DNA of 59,981 nucleotides, the filler included. It is 8 parts of 8 records of this genome, joined end to end, with 100 filler letters (N's around TTAATTAATTAA, not from the genome) between each part and the next. Parts side by side here need not be neighbours in the genome. Positions count along the whole stretch, not along the records: positions 6,014 to 11,889 come from SRR31156797_6836; positions 11,990 to 23,509 come from SRR31156797_6851; 6 more parts are not named here. One strand, written 5' to 3'. Positions 7,398-16,478 of this stretch are shown piece by piece; within the stretch, counting starts at the first letter, position 1, and each line of letters starts with the position of its first letter. The notes below the pieces were generated by a model. It was not told where the DNA came from and ran no database searches. It saw nothing but the letters and a program-made list of their open reading frames with translations. The position numbers and the translations under genes were made by a program.

Positions 7398-9370
7398 AAA
7401 TGACAAAAATAAAAATTCAGGGATTTAAATGTTTCAATGAATCAACAGAGTTCGACTTAAATCCTTTAACGACCTTAATTGGCTCTAATGGTGTGGGTAA
7501 AACTGCTGTTCTGGAAGCATTAAACCGGATGTTTTGCATTGAAAAATCAAGACGCAAGATAAAAAATTCTGACTTTTATATTCCAGCTGGTGAACAATTG
7601 GATAGCAAGGAGGCAAGGTTTCTTGCCATTGAGGTGAGAATCGATTTTCCTCTTATTGGTACTGGGGGAGAAGAATCTGAAATCCCTGGAATGTTTGGTC
7701 AAATGGTTATTGATAGTGTGGGAGAACCTCCCTACTGCCGTATTTTATTGAAGGCTGATTGGTCAATCAGCAATATACCTGATGGTGAAATTACAGAGAA
7801 TATGTATTGGATCAGGACTGCTGCTGAACAATTTTCTGACAATGATTGCCAACTTTTTAAGCCTAGTGATCGTAATAAAATACATTTACATTATATTCCT
7901 GCAAATAGAGATCCTCAGAATCAGCTTCGGCAGACTGTTGGAACAATAATGTACCAGTTACTGAGAGCTGTAAATTGGTCTGAAGGGATTAAAGAAAATA
8001 TAAATAGTTATGCGAACGAGTTACAAGAAGCTTTCCAACGCGAAAATGGGGTCAAGACAATTCAGAGTACGTTTTCGAATAACTGGAAATCTTTCTTCAA
8101 CTCGCACCATTATTCCGAAGTAAATCTCAGTCCATTGAGTAGTGATTTTAATGATATAATAACGAGAGTCGAAGCATTGTTTTCCCCAAATCCTGAAGGA
8201 CATGATGATTCTCCGGAGAAATTAAGTGATGGAATGCGTTCTCTATTCTACTTAACGCTGATAAGCAGTCTATTTGATATTCAAGATAAGATTGGTAGGG
8301 ATATTGAAAATCATGGATTTAATCCGGAGCATTTGAATCAACCATTATTAACTATTTTTGCAATTGAAGAGCCAGAAAATCATTTATCTCCTCATTATAT
8401 TGGAAAGGTATTGAAAGCTTTTAAAAGGCTATTAGAGAACAATAAAGCTCAGGTGATAATATCAAGCCATTCAACTTCAATCCTTCATAGAATTGAACCG
8501 GAAGAAATTCGCTATTTACGACTTAAACAAGATCGGAGTACAGAGATAAAGAAGATCTTATTGCCAGAAGAAACGGATGAAGCATATAAATACGTCAAAA
8601 ATGCTGTTAAGGCATATCCTGAACTATATTTTTCTAAGGCTGTATTACTTGGAGAAGGTGATAGTGAAGAAATCGTTTTACCAATCATTGCTGAAGCATT
8701 AGAAACTTCGTTAGATTCCTCTTTTGTTTCTATGGTTCCACTTGGCGGAAGGCATGTCAATCATTTTTGGCGATTATTGAATGATTTGAAAATACCTCAT
8801 ATTACTCTTTTGGACTATGATAGAGGTCGAGGAGGTGGTGATTGGGGCCGGATTCAATATGTTATTAAAGAGCTTTTAAAAAATGAAGTAATATCATCGT
8901 CTGATCTGAAAGGTGAGTCGGGTGAAATACTTGATTATGAGTTAATGCATGAATGGAAATCCGATAATGAATTGGAGATAAAATGGATCAAATGGCTTGG
9001 GGAAAAAAATGTGTTCTTTTCATATCCGATTGATTTAGATTTCTTGATGTATAGTCATTATAAAACATCATATCAATCTTATATTCCGGAAAATGGTGGT
9101 CCCAGAATACCAAAGTCTGATGACCCTCAATATATTGATAAAGTAAAAAATGCTGTTGCTTCTGTACTAAAAAAGGAAAAAGAAGATATTGGCAATATTC
9201 CACGAGATTTCGAAAGCTATTATTGGTATCGATATCTATTTTTGGGTCGAGGAAAGCCGGTTTCTCATATTCATGCGATGTCTGTTCTTGATAAATCCGA
9301 TTTAGTAAAGAACTGCCCCTCTGTTTTTAAGAAAATTATAGAGAAATTAGATGAATATATTGCAGATTAG
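7394..9370 (+). CDS. OLD-family ATP-dependent endonuclease (ABC ATPase + TOPRIM), GajA-like
   Basis: Walker A GSNGVGKT, signature LSDGMRS, Walker B AIEEPENHL, H-loop SSHS, and TOPRIM motifs GEGDSE and DYD. ATGA overlap with hsdS. Confidence 0.92.
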   Translation: MKMTKIKIQGFKCFNESTEFDLNPLTTLIGSNGVGKTAVLEALNRMFCIEKSRRKIKNSDFYIPAGEQLDSKEARFLAIEVRIDFPLIGTGGEESEIPGMFGQMVIDSVGEPPYCRILLKADWSISNIPDGEITENMYWIRTAAEQFSDNDCQLFKPSDRNKIHLHYIPANRDPQNQLRQTVGTIMYQLLRAVNWSEGIKENINSYANELQEAFQRENGVKTIQSTFSNNWKSFFNSHHYSEVNLSPLSSDFNDIITRVEALFSPNPEGHDDSPEKLSDGMRSLFYLTLISSLFDIQDKIGRDIENHGFNPEHLNQPLLTIFAIEEPENHLSPHYIGKVLKAFKRLLENNKAQVIISSHSTSILHRIEPEEIRYLRLKQDRSTEIKKILLPEETDEAYKYVKNAVKAYPELYFSKAVLLGEGDSEEIVLPIIAEALETSLDSSFVSMVPLGGRHVNHFWRLLNDLKIPHITLLDYDRGRGGGDWGRIQYVIKELLKNEVISSSDLKGESGEILDYELMHEWKSDNELEIKWIKWLGEKNVFFSYPIDLDFLMYSHYKTSYQSYIPENGGPRIPKSDDPQYIDKVKNAVASVLKKEKEDIGNIPRDFESYYWYRYLFLGRGKPVSHIHAMSVLDKSDLVKNCPSVFKKIIEKLDEYIAD

Positions 9371-9373
9371 CTT

Positions 9374-11260
9374 ATGACTATTATTGACCCTAAAAAATGG
9401 AAACCGATCGATATAGAATCCTTGGAAAAAAGAGCGGAGAATGTAGTGCGTAATTCTTGTGACAATACATTAGTCACTGCCGGTCCAGGTGCAGGAAAAA
9501 CAGAATTATTAGCTCAAAAGGCCTGCTTCTTATTGCAAACAGGAGCATGTGGCAGACATAATAAGATCCTGGCTATCAGTTTTAAGAAAGATGCTGCAAA
9601 AAACCTACGAGAGCGTGTATTAGAGCGAGGAGGACGTGAATTTTCATCACAATTTGAATCCTTAACTTTTGATGCGTTTGCGAAGAGCCTTTTAGATCGT
9701 TTCTTGTCAGGATTGCCCGAAACATATAGAGTGAATAAAAATTATGAAATTGATTTTACCCTAGGAAGAGTTCAAGAGATTGAGGATAGCATAAGAGCGA
9801 TTATTGGAAAAACCGAAGTAGACAAAAAATTTTTATATGAAATTGATTTTAGGAATTTTGAACGGGAATACCTATGTGGTACTTGTTTGCCAATAAATGA
9901 GGAAAGTAATGAAAATATAATTGCCGGAGCTTTGTGGCAGTACTTTCTTTTTTATCATAATCCATCAAAGTTAAGTTTTTCGATGATTATGAGATTATCT
10001 GAATATATTTTAAACACCAACCCTTTATTATTAAAGTCTCTACGTTTAACCTATAAATATCTATTTTTAGATGAGTTTCAGGATACAACATCAATTCAAT
10101 ATGATTTTGTAAAAACTTGCTTTTTAGGCTCAAGAACTCTCGTTACTGCTGTTGGAGATAGTAAGCAAAGAATTATGGGTTGGGCTGGTGCTCTACAGAA
10201 CTCATTTGAAACTTGCCGGGAAGATTTTAAATGCAAAGAAGTTCAATTAATCAATAACTATAGATCCGTTCCTAAGTTGGTTAATATACAGAATAATATT
10301 GCACTGTATATCGAAGAAAACGGAATACCAAGTCAATCCAAGAGATCTGTTGATTTTGAAGAAGGATTCTGTTGTGTATACAAATACAATAATTATTTCG
10401 ATGAAGCTAAGGATATTTCGAATAGAATTAAGAGTATACTTTGTAGTGATAATATACATCCTCGTGATATTTGTATTATTGTACGGCAAACTCCTGATCA
10501 AATATGTTCAAATTTGATTGGTGAACTTTCAAAGTTTGAAGTGCAAGCGAGAATTGAAAATGATTATCAGGATCTATTTACAGAACCAATAATTGAGTTA
10601 ATAATTGCCACTCTCTCAATTGCTTTATGTGGAAAAGTACCTGAATATTGGCAAATCCTTGATGATTATTTTCAACGGGTTCTGTCAAACTTTGAAGACG
10701 ACAGTTTTGACACTACACCATATATTCAGAATCTGAAGGAAAATTGTGTTAATGTTGTTAAACAAAACCAAAATTTAACACGAGTATCGATTGGCAATAT
10801 TGTAATCGCAATTTTAGGTCTTTTAGAGGTACCTAACATTCAATCTTTATATCCACAGTATCAAGAAGATAGAGATTGGAAAAATCATGTAACAAAGTTT
10901 ATTGATCTGTTTGAAGGTAATTTGAAAAAAAACTGGAAGAAAAGTCTACTCTCTTTCATTGGGAAGGACTCCGTTCCTATTATGACTTTGCATAAAAGTA
11001 AGGGCTTGGAATTCCATACTGTCATCTTTATCGGTTTAGAAGATCAGCAATTATGGGGATTTCGACGAAATCCAGAGGAAGAGACTTCTGGATTTTTTGT
11101 TGCATTTTCTAGAGCAATAAACACTATGATTTTTACTTTAAGTTTAAAACGTAACAATCGTTTTGGTAATATTGAAACCAGAACAACAAGGGACTTAGAG
11201 CCATTATATCGATTATTATTAGAATCGGGAGTCAAGGTTATTCCTGTTGCTACAATATGA
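9374..11260 (+). CDS. UvrD/SF1A helicase, GajB-like partner of the OLD nuclease
   Basis: Motifs AGPGAGKT, DEFQD, VGDSKQRI, NYRS, TLHKSKGLEF and FVAFSRA. Starts 3 nt after the OLD gene. Confidence 0.92.
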   Translation: MTIIDPKKWKPIDIESLEKRAENVVRNSCDNTLVTAGPGAGKTELLAQKACFLLQTGACGRHNKILAISFKKDAAKNLRERVLERGGREFSSQFESLTFDAFAKSLLDRFLSGLPETYRVNKNYEIDFTLGRVQEIEDSIRAIIGKTEVDKKFLYEIDFRNFEREYLCGTCLPINEESNENIIAGALWQYFLFYHNPSKLSFSMIMRLSEYILNTNPLLLKSLRLTYKYLFLDEFQDTTSIQYDFVKTCFLGSRTLVTAVGDSKQRIMGWAGALQNSFETCREDFKCKEVQLINNYRSVPKLVNIQNNIALYIEENGIPSQSKRSVDFEEGFCCVYKYNNYFDEAKDISNRIKSILCSDNIHPRDICIIVRQTPDQICSNLIGELSKFEVQARIENDYQDLFTEPIIELIIATLSIALCGKVPEYWQILDDYFQRVLSNFEDDSFDTTPYIQNLKENCVNVVKQNQNLTRVSIGNIVIAILGLLEVPNIQSLYPQYQEDRDWKNHVTKFIDLFEGNLKKNWKKSLLSFIGKDSVPIMTLHKSKGLEFHTVIFIGLEDQQLWGFRRNPEEETSGFFVAFSRAINTMIFTLSLKRNNRFGNIETRTTRDLEPLYRLLLESGVKVIPVATI

Positions 11261-11444
11261 TTATATGGAGAGGTTTTTGGATATTTAGTTGCATCAAAAA
11301 TGCTTTCTTATTCATCGCTAATGGAGTTTTTGAAGGTGATTTTATATAACTTATTATATTGCATATATTTGCTTATTATATCGCAAATGGTGGTAGCGAA
11401 GCTTTTATATTCCTCTGTCAACTCATCAGGCAGGAGACTCCTCC

Positions 11445-11889
11445 ATGTCTAACTTCCAACCCCCGCCAATCACCCCGAAGATTCTCAAACTAGTCGAGCA
11501 AATCAGCGAACAGGTAGGGATCGTCAACGAACGAACCCAGCTGCTACGGCAGCTTCTTCTGCGAAGGGAAAACAAGGTTAGAACAATCCAGGCTTCCCTT
11601 GAAATCGAGGGAAATACACTCTCTTTGGAGCAGGTAACGGCCGTTCTGGATGGGAAAAAGATTATCGCCCCTCGTAAAGAGGTACAGGAGATCAAAAACG
11701 CTTTGGATGCCTATGACAGGATTGAAGAGTGGCAGTGGAATTCTCTGGATGATCTGTTGGATGCACACAAGCAATTGATGATGGGGCTGATCGATGATTG
11801 CGGTCAATTCAGAGCCGGCAGTGCCGGGGTTTCCCGGGGTGAAGAGGTTATTCATATTGCCCTCCGGCAGCCATGGTGCCCTCTTTAAT
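11445..11889 (+). CDS. Fic family protein, 5' part (apparent -1 frameshift near contig end)
   Basis: LRRENKVRTIQASLEIEGNTLSLEQV and G-x-FR motifs. Adding one C at about 11860 restores HIAPPAAMVPSL. The catalytic HPF motif would lie beyond the contig end. Confidence 0.85.
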
Positions 11890-11989
11890 NNNNNNNNNNN
11901 NNNNNNNNNNNNNNNNNNNNNNNNNNNNNNNNNTTAATTAATTAANNNNNNNNNNNNNNNNNNNNNNNNNNNNNNNNNNNNNNNNNNNN
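11890..11989. other. Artificial contig linker
   Basis: N44-TTAATTAATTAA-N44. Confidence 0.99.
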
Positions 11990-11990
11990 G

Positions 11991-13418
11991 GTCAACTCCA
12001 ACCCGGAAACGGTTTCCACTGATTATGACACCTCGGATAAGCTGTATTTTGAGCCGCTGACTTTCGAGGATGTCATGAACATCATCGAGTTCGAAAAACC
12101 GGACGGTGTTATCGTTCAGTTTGGCGGGCAGACACCGCTCAATTTGGCTTTACGGCTTATGGATGCGGGCGTGCCGCTTATTGGTACCAGCCCGGATGCC
12201 ATTGACCGCGCTGAAGATCGTGAGCGGTTTAAGCAGTTCCTGAACAAGTTGCACTTGAAGCAGCCACCGAACGGAACGGCCATGTCCATGGTTGAAGCTC
12301 GTGAAATCGCTGAAAGTCTCGACTTCCCGTTGGTACTTCGTCCCTCATACGTGTTGGGTGGTCGTGGTATGGACATCGTCTACACCATGGATGAATTCGA
12401 TCATTATTTCCGTCATTCAGCACGCATTTCCCCGGAACATCCGACCCTCATCGATAAGTTCCTGGAATACGCAATCGAAGTGGATGTTGATGCTCTGGCT
12501 GATGGCGAAGATGTTTATATCGGCGGTGTCATGGAGCACATCGAAGAGGCTGGTATCCACTCCGGCGATTCTGCCTCCGTGCTGCCTCCGTACTCCTTGA
12601 GCGGAGAATTGATTCGTGAAATCGAACGGCAGACTATCGCCATGGCCAAAGAGCTTGGTGTTGTCGGTCTGATGAATGTTCAGTTCGCCATTAAGGATAA
12701 CGAAGTTTATATCATTGAGGTCAACCCTCGTGCCTCCCGTACCGTGCCGTTTGTGTCCAAGGCCACAGGTGTTCCCCTTGCCAAGCTCGCTACCCGCGTC
12801 ATGCTTGGTGAGAAGTTGAAAGACTTGAAGCCCAAGGCGATGCGCAAGAAGGGCCATGTGTCCGTCAAGGAATCCGTATTCCCGTTTAGTCGTTTCCCCA
12901 ATGTGGACGTGCTGCTTGGACCTGAGATGCGTTCTACAGGCGAAGTCATGGGTATCGATCCAAGTTTTGGTCTGGCCTACATGAAAGCGCAGTTGGCAGC
13001 AGGACAGAAACTGCCTTTGGAAGGGACGGTCTTTATGTCCGTCAACGATTGGGACAAGTCCAAGATTGTTTTGGTTGCCCGTGACTTTGAGGCTATGGGC
13101 TTCCGAGTGTGTGCCACTGGCGGTACTGCCGATTTTCTGGCTGAAAAAGGCGTTAACGTCGAGAAAGTTTACAAAGTTCATGAGGGCCAGCGTCCCCACG
13201 TTGTCGACCATATCAAGAACGGCGAATTTGACTTGGTTATCAATACTCCGTCTGGCAAAAAGACCGTGAGCGATGCCAAGATGATTCGTCAGAATACATT
13301 GTTGTACGATATCCCGTATACCACTACGGTCTCCGGGGCCAAGGCCATTGCTCAGGCCATTCTTGAAGTAAGAGAAACCGGGCTGAAAGTTCAAAGCCTG
13401 CAAAAATATTACGGCTAA
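11991..13418 (+). CDS. carB: Carbamoyl-phosphate synthase large subunit, C-terminal half (5'-truncated)
   Basis: The frame is open from the contig edge (VNSNPETVSTDYD). It contains QFGGQTPL, RPSYVLGGRGM, IEVNPRASRT and an MGS domain. Confidence 0.97.
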   Translation, partial: VNSNPETVSTDYDTSDKLYFEPLTFEDVMNIIEFEKPDGVIVQFGGQTPLNLALRLMDAGVPLIGTSPDAIDRAEDRERFKQFLNKLHLKQPPNGTAMSMVEAREIAESLDFPLVLRPSYVLGGRGMDIVYTMDEFDHYFRHSARISPEHPTLIDKFLEYAIEVDVDALADGEDVYIGGVMEHIEEAGIHSGDSASVLPPYSLSGELIREIERQTIAMAKELGVVGLMNVQFAIKDNEVYIIEVNPRASRTVPFVSKATGVPLAKLATRVMLGEKLKDLKPKAMRKKGHVSVKESVFPFSRFPNVDVLLGPEMRSTGEVMGIDPSFGLAYMKAQLAAGQKLPLEGTVFMSVNDWDKSKIVLVARDFEAMGFRVCATGGTADFLAEKGVNVEKVYKVHEGQRPHVVDHIKNGEFDLVINTPSGKKTVSDAKMIRQNTLLYDIPYTTTVSGAKAIAQAILEVRETGLKVQSLQKYYG

Positions 13419-13445
13419 TTGCCGGATAGGACGAGAGAGTCTTCC

Positions 13446-14858
13446 ATGAAAAAAGAGTATTGCGGTCTTTTCGGAATCTACGGCAACAAAGAAGCCGCCA
13501 GAATGACCTACTTCGGTCTTTATGCCCTCCAGCATCGTGGGCAGGAGTCCGCAGGCATTGTCACCTGGGATGGTGAAAAGATCCGCGAACAAAAGGGCAT
13601 GGGCCTTGTAGCCGATGTTTTTAATGAGCGTCATCTGAGCAAGGAACTTAAGGGTTCCATCGGCATGGGGCATATCCGTTATTCCACGACTGGTGCATCA
13701 CTTATTCGTAACGCTCAGCCCTTTCGGGTTCGTCATGGCGACCTGCAACTGTCCGTGGCGCATAATGGAAACCTCGTGAATACGTATGAGTTGCGTTCCG
13801 AACTTGAAGCCAGTGGCTCCATTTTTCAGACGACTATGGATACCGAGGTTTTTGCCCATCTGATCATTAAGTACCTGCATGAGTCTGAGACCATTGAAGA
13901 GGCCATTGGCAAGGCATGTGGCCGTGTGCGTGGTGCATACTCCATGCTCATTCTCGCGGACGACAAGATGATTGCGATCAAAGATCCTAACAGTTTTCGC
14001 CCTCTGGCCCTCGGACGGGTGGGGGATTCCTATGTGTTCGCATCCGAGACTTGCGCTTTCGATTTGATTGAAGCTGAGTATTTGCGTCCTTTGGAAGCTG
14101 GTGAGATGGTGACCATTCACAAGGGAAAGCTTACTTCTCATCGTTTTGCCGAGAAAAAGAAGACCAGTAAGTGTATTTTTGAGCTGATCTATTTTGCTCG
14201 TCCCGACTCCTATGTTTTCGGTGATGTGGTTTACGAACGTCGTAAGGCCATGGGGGCTATGCTCGCCAAGGAAGCTCCAGTGGATGCCGATTTCGTTATG
14301 CCGTTTCCCGACTCGGGTAACTACGCGGCTGTCGGGTATTCTCAGGAATCCGGCTTGCCGCTGGAACTTGCCATGATCCGTAATCATTACGTGGGCCGTA
14401 CTTTTATTCAGCCTTCGCAGGATATGCGTGATTTTTCTGTGCGAGTGAAGCTGAATCCAGTCAAATCCATGATCAAAGGCAAGCGCATTGTCATCGTGGA
14501 AGATTCCATTGTTCGCGGAACGACCATTCGTGCCCGTGTCAAAAAGTTGCGCGAGTTGGGCGCAAAGGAAATTCATCTGCGCGTCAGTTGTCCGCCGATT
14601 ATGAATCCGTGTTTTTACGGAATCGATTTCTCTAGCAAGGGCGAACTGATTGCAGCTAACCATACACCGGAAGATATCGCCCGTTTCATGGGTATCGATT
14701 CTTTGCATTATCTGACCATTCCCGGCTTGCTTGATTCCGTGACGCAGAACGATTGGTGTCTGGCCTGTTTTGATGGCAAGTACCCCGTGCCTTTGGCGGA
14801 TCATATGGGCAAGGACTGCCTTGAAGCAGAACCTGGTATTATTAAAGAGTTTTGCTAG
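13446..14858 (+). CDS. purF: Amidophosphoribosyltransferase
   Basis: MKKEY-CG N-terminal nucleophile, LQHRGQES, HNGN, VEDSIVRGTT, and Fe-S cysteines (PCFYG, CLACF). Confidence 0.97.
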   Translation: MKKEYCGLFGIYGNKEAARMTYFGLYALQHRGQESAGIVTWDGEKIREQKGMGLVADVFNERHLSKELKGSIGMGHIRYSTTGASLIRNAQPFRVRHGDLQLSVAHNGNLVNTYELRSELEASGSIFQTTMDTEVFAHLIIKYLHESETIEEAIGKACGRVRGAYSMLILADDKMIAIKDPNSFRPLALGRVGDSYVFASETCAFDLIEAEYLRPLEAGEMVTIHKGKLTSHRFAEKKKTSKCIFELIYFARPDSYVFGDVVYERRKAMGAMLAKEAPVDADFVMPFPDSGNYAAVGYSQESGLPLELAMIRNHYVGRTFIQPSQDMRDFSVRVKLNPVKSMIKGKRIVIVEDSIVRGTTIRARVKKLRELGAKEIHLRVSCPPIMNPCFYGIDFSSKGELIAANHTPEDIARFMGIDSLHYLTIPGLLDSVTQNDWCLACFDGKYPVPLADHMGKDCLEAEPGIIKEFC

Positions 14859-14872
14859 CGGAGCCGGTGTTT

Positions 14873-15886
14873 ATGACATGCAATTCCAAAAGAACTGATT
14901 GGTTGAATCTGGCGCGTGAAGTTCTGGATATTGAAATCCAGGGCTTGGCAGCGGTTAAGGATCAACTGGGTGAACCCTTTGTGGAAGCTTTGACTGCTTT
15001 GGCTGAATGCGAAGGTCGTGTCGTCATTACTGGCGTCGGTAAATCCGGGTTGGTCGGTCGCAAAATTGCAGCCACATTATCCAGCACTGGAACTCCGTCT
15101 TTTTTTCTGCATCCTGTAGAAGGGGCACATGGAGACATGGGGATGATTCGCAAGGAAGACGTGGTGATAGCCATGTCCAACTCAGGCGGAACGGATGAGG
15201 TAAATACTATTATTCCGGTGCTCCGGTCCCTTGGAGCCACGGTTGTCGCCATGACGTCCAATACTGCGTCCGCTATGGCACAGCTTTCCGATATTACTAT
15301 AAAAGTCAGTGTGCCGCGTGAGGCGTGTGCGCTTGGGCTGGCTCCAACGTCTTCCACGACCGCACAACTGGCTGTGGGCGATGCTTTGGCCGTGTGTCTC
15401 ATGGAGTGGAAGTCTTTTGGCAAGGATGATTTCAAAAAGTATCATCCTGGCGGTTCACTTGGACAGCGGTTGGCTATTTGTGTGGATCAACTTATGCACA
15501 CCGAAGATCTTCCCACTGTCCGGGAACATGTCTCGTTGGCGGCCGCCCTGAAAGTGCTCAACGATGGTGGACTCGGCCTTGTTGCTATTGTAGATGCTGC
15601 AAATCTTCTCAAGGGTGTTTTTTCAGACGGAGATGTACGCCGGCTCGTGTGTGATGATGCCTTGGACGGGAATCAGACCATCAGCGAGGTTATGACTGCT
15701 TCGCCTCGGCGTGCGGTCGCAGGCGATAGTTCAGCTCATGTACTCGATGTGATGGAACGCAATGAAATTACCGTATTGCCTGTTGTGAGTGAAGACGACG
15801 CCTTGGTTGGCATGGTTCATATGCATGATCTGTTGGGCAAGGGAGAACTGCGATTTTCCAATGGTCATAACGGAGAAGCCGGATAA
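14873..15886 (+). CDS. kdsD: KpsF/GutQ arabinose-5-phosphate isomerase (SIS + CBS pair)
   Basis: GVGKSG, HGDMG, APTSST and HPGGSLG motifs, followed by two CBS domains. Confidence 0.93.
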   Translation: MTCNSKRTDWLNLAREVLDIEIQGLAAVKDQLGEPFVEALTALAECEGRVVITGVGKSGLVGRKIAATLSSTGTPSFFLHPVEGAHGDMGMIRKEDVVIAMSNSGGTDEVNTIIPVLRSLGATVVAMTSNTASAMAQLSDITIKVSVPREACALGLAPTSSTTAQLAVGDALAVCLMEWKSFGKDDFKKYHPGGSLGQRLAICVDQLMHTEDLPTVREHVSLAAALKVLNDGGLGLVAIVDAANLLKGVFSDGDVRRLVCDDALDGNQTISEVMTASPRRAVAGDSSAHVLDVMERNEITVLPVVSEDDALVGMVHMHDLLGKGELRFSNGHNGEAG

Positions 15887-15894
15887 TCCGGCGG

Positions 15895-16467
15895 GTGTGG
15901 ACTGTGTCCCAAAATCAGATTGACGACTCGGACGTTTGCAGACGGTGTTCCCTTCAGGGACCGACCTGTTGTCGTATCGCAGCTGGTCAGGAAGAATTTT
16001 GTTTTCCTCTTTCTCAGGTTGAGAAAGAACGCATTCAAGAGCATGTTCCCTTTACCGGTGGCTTTGTGCTGTCACCCAATTCCAAGGCGTTTATCGATTA
16101 TGTCTGCCGGTTGTTTCCGGGAGAAGAAGACGCGGCACGGGAATTGTTTCCTGAAGGTAAGGAACATTTCCGATTGGCGGTGGATTCCATGGGAGCCTGC
16201 CGTTTTCTAGGCCCGGAAGGGTGCGAGATTCCGAAGGAAGCGCGGCCTTATTATTGCCGTTTGTTTCCGTTTTGGATGGCGGGAAGTAGCGTAACATTTT
16301 TTGATTCCCCGACTTGTCTGGCTCGGCGGGAAGGGCGAACGCTTACACGAATACTTGATCGGCTTGATACCAACAGGGCGACGATCAAGGACCTGTACGG
16401 GCGATTGCGGCTCGTATGGGGGCTCGCGCCACGAAAAGGCGCATGCCGGGTCAATAAAAAGTTCTGA
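15895..16467 (+). CDS. YkgJ-family cysteine-cluster (CxxCxxCC) protein
   Basis: CRRC...TCC, CRFL...GC and RPYYCRLFPF. Confidence 0.85.
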   Translation: MWTVSQNQIDDSDVCRRCSLQGPTCCRIAAGQEEFCFPLSQVEKERIQEHVPFTGGFVLSPNSKAFIDYVCRLFPGEEDAARELFPEGKEHFRLAVDSMGACRFLGPEGCEIPKEARPYYCRLFPFWMAGSSVTFFDSPTCLARREGRTLTRILDRLDTNRATIKDLYGRLRLVWGLAPRKGACRVNKKF

Positions 16468-16478
16468 CGGATAGGTCC

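Noticed and set aside
4023-11260. One large defence island joining the DUF488 module, hsdM relic, hsdS and OLD-UvrD
   Set aside because: An artificial linker at 5914-6013 and an unrelated cyclase tail separate them, so they are different contigs.
12417-14804. Long antisense ORFs of 418 aa and 368 aa
   Set aside because: They are shadow frames opposite carB and purF with no recognisable motifs.
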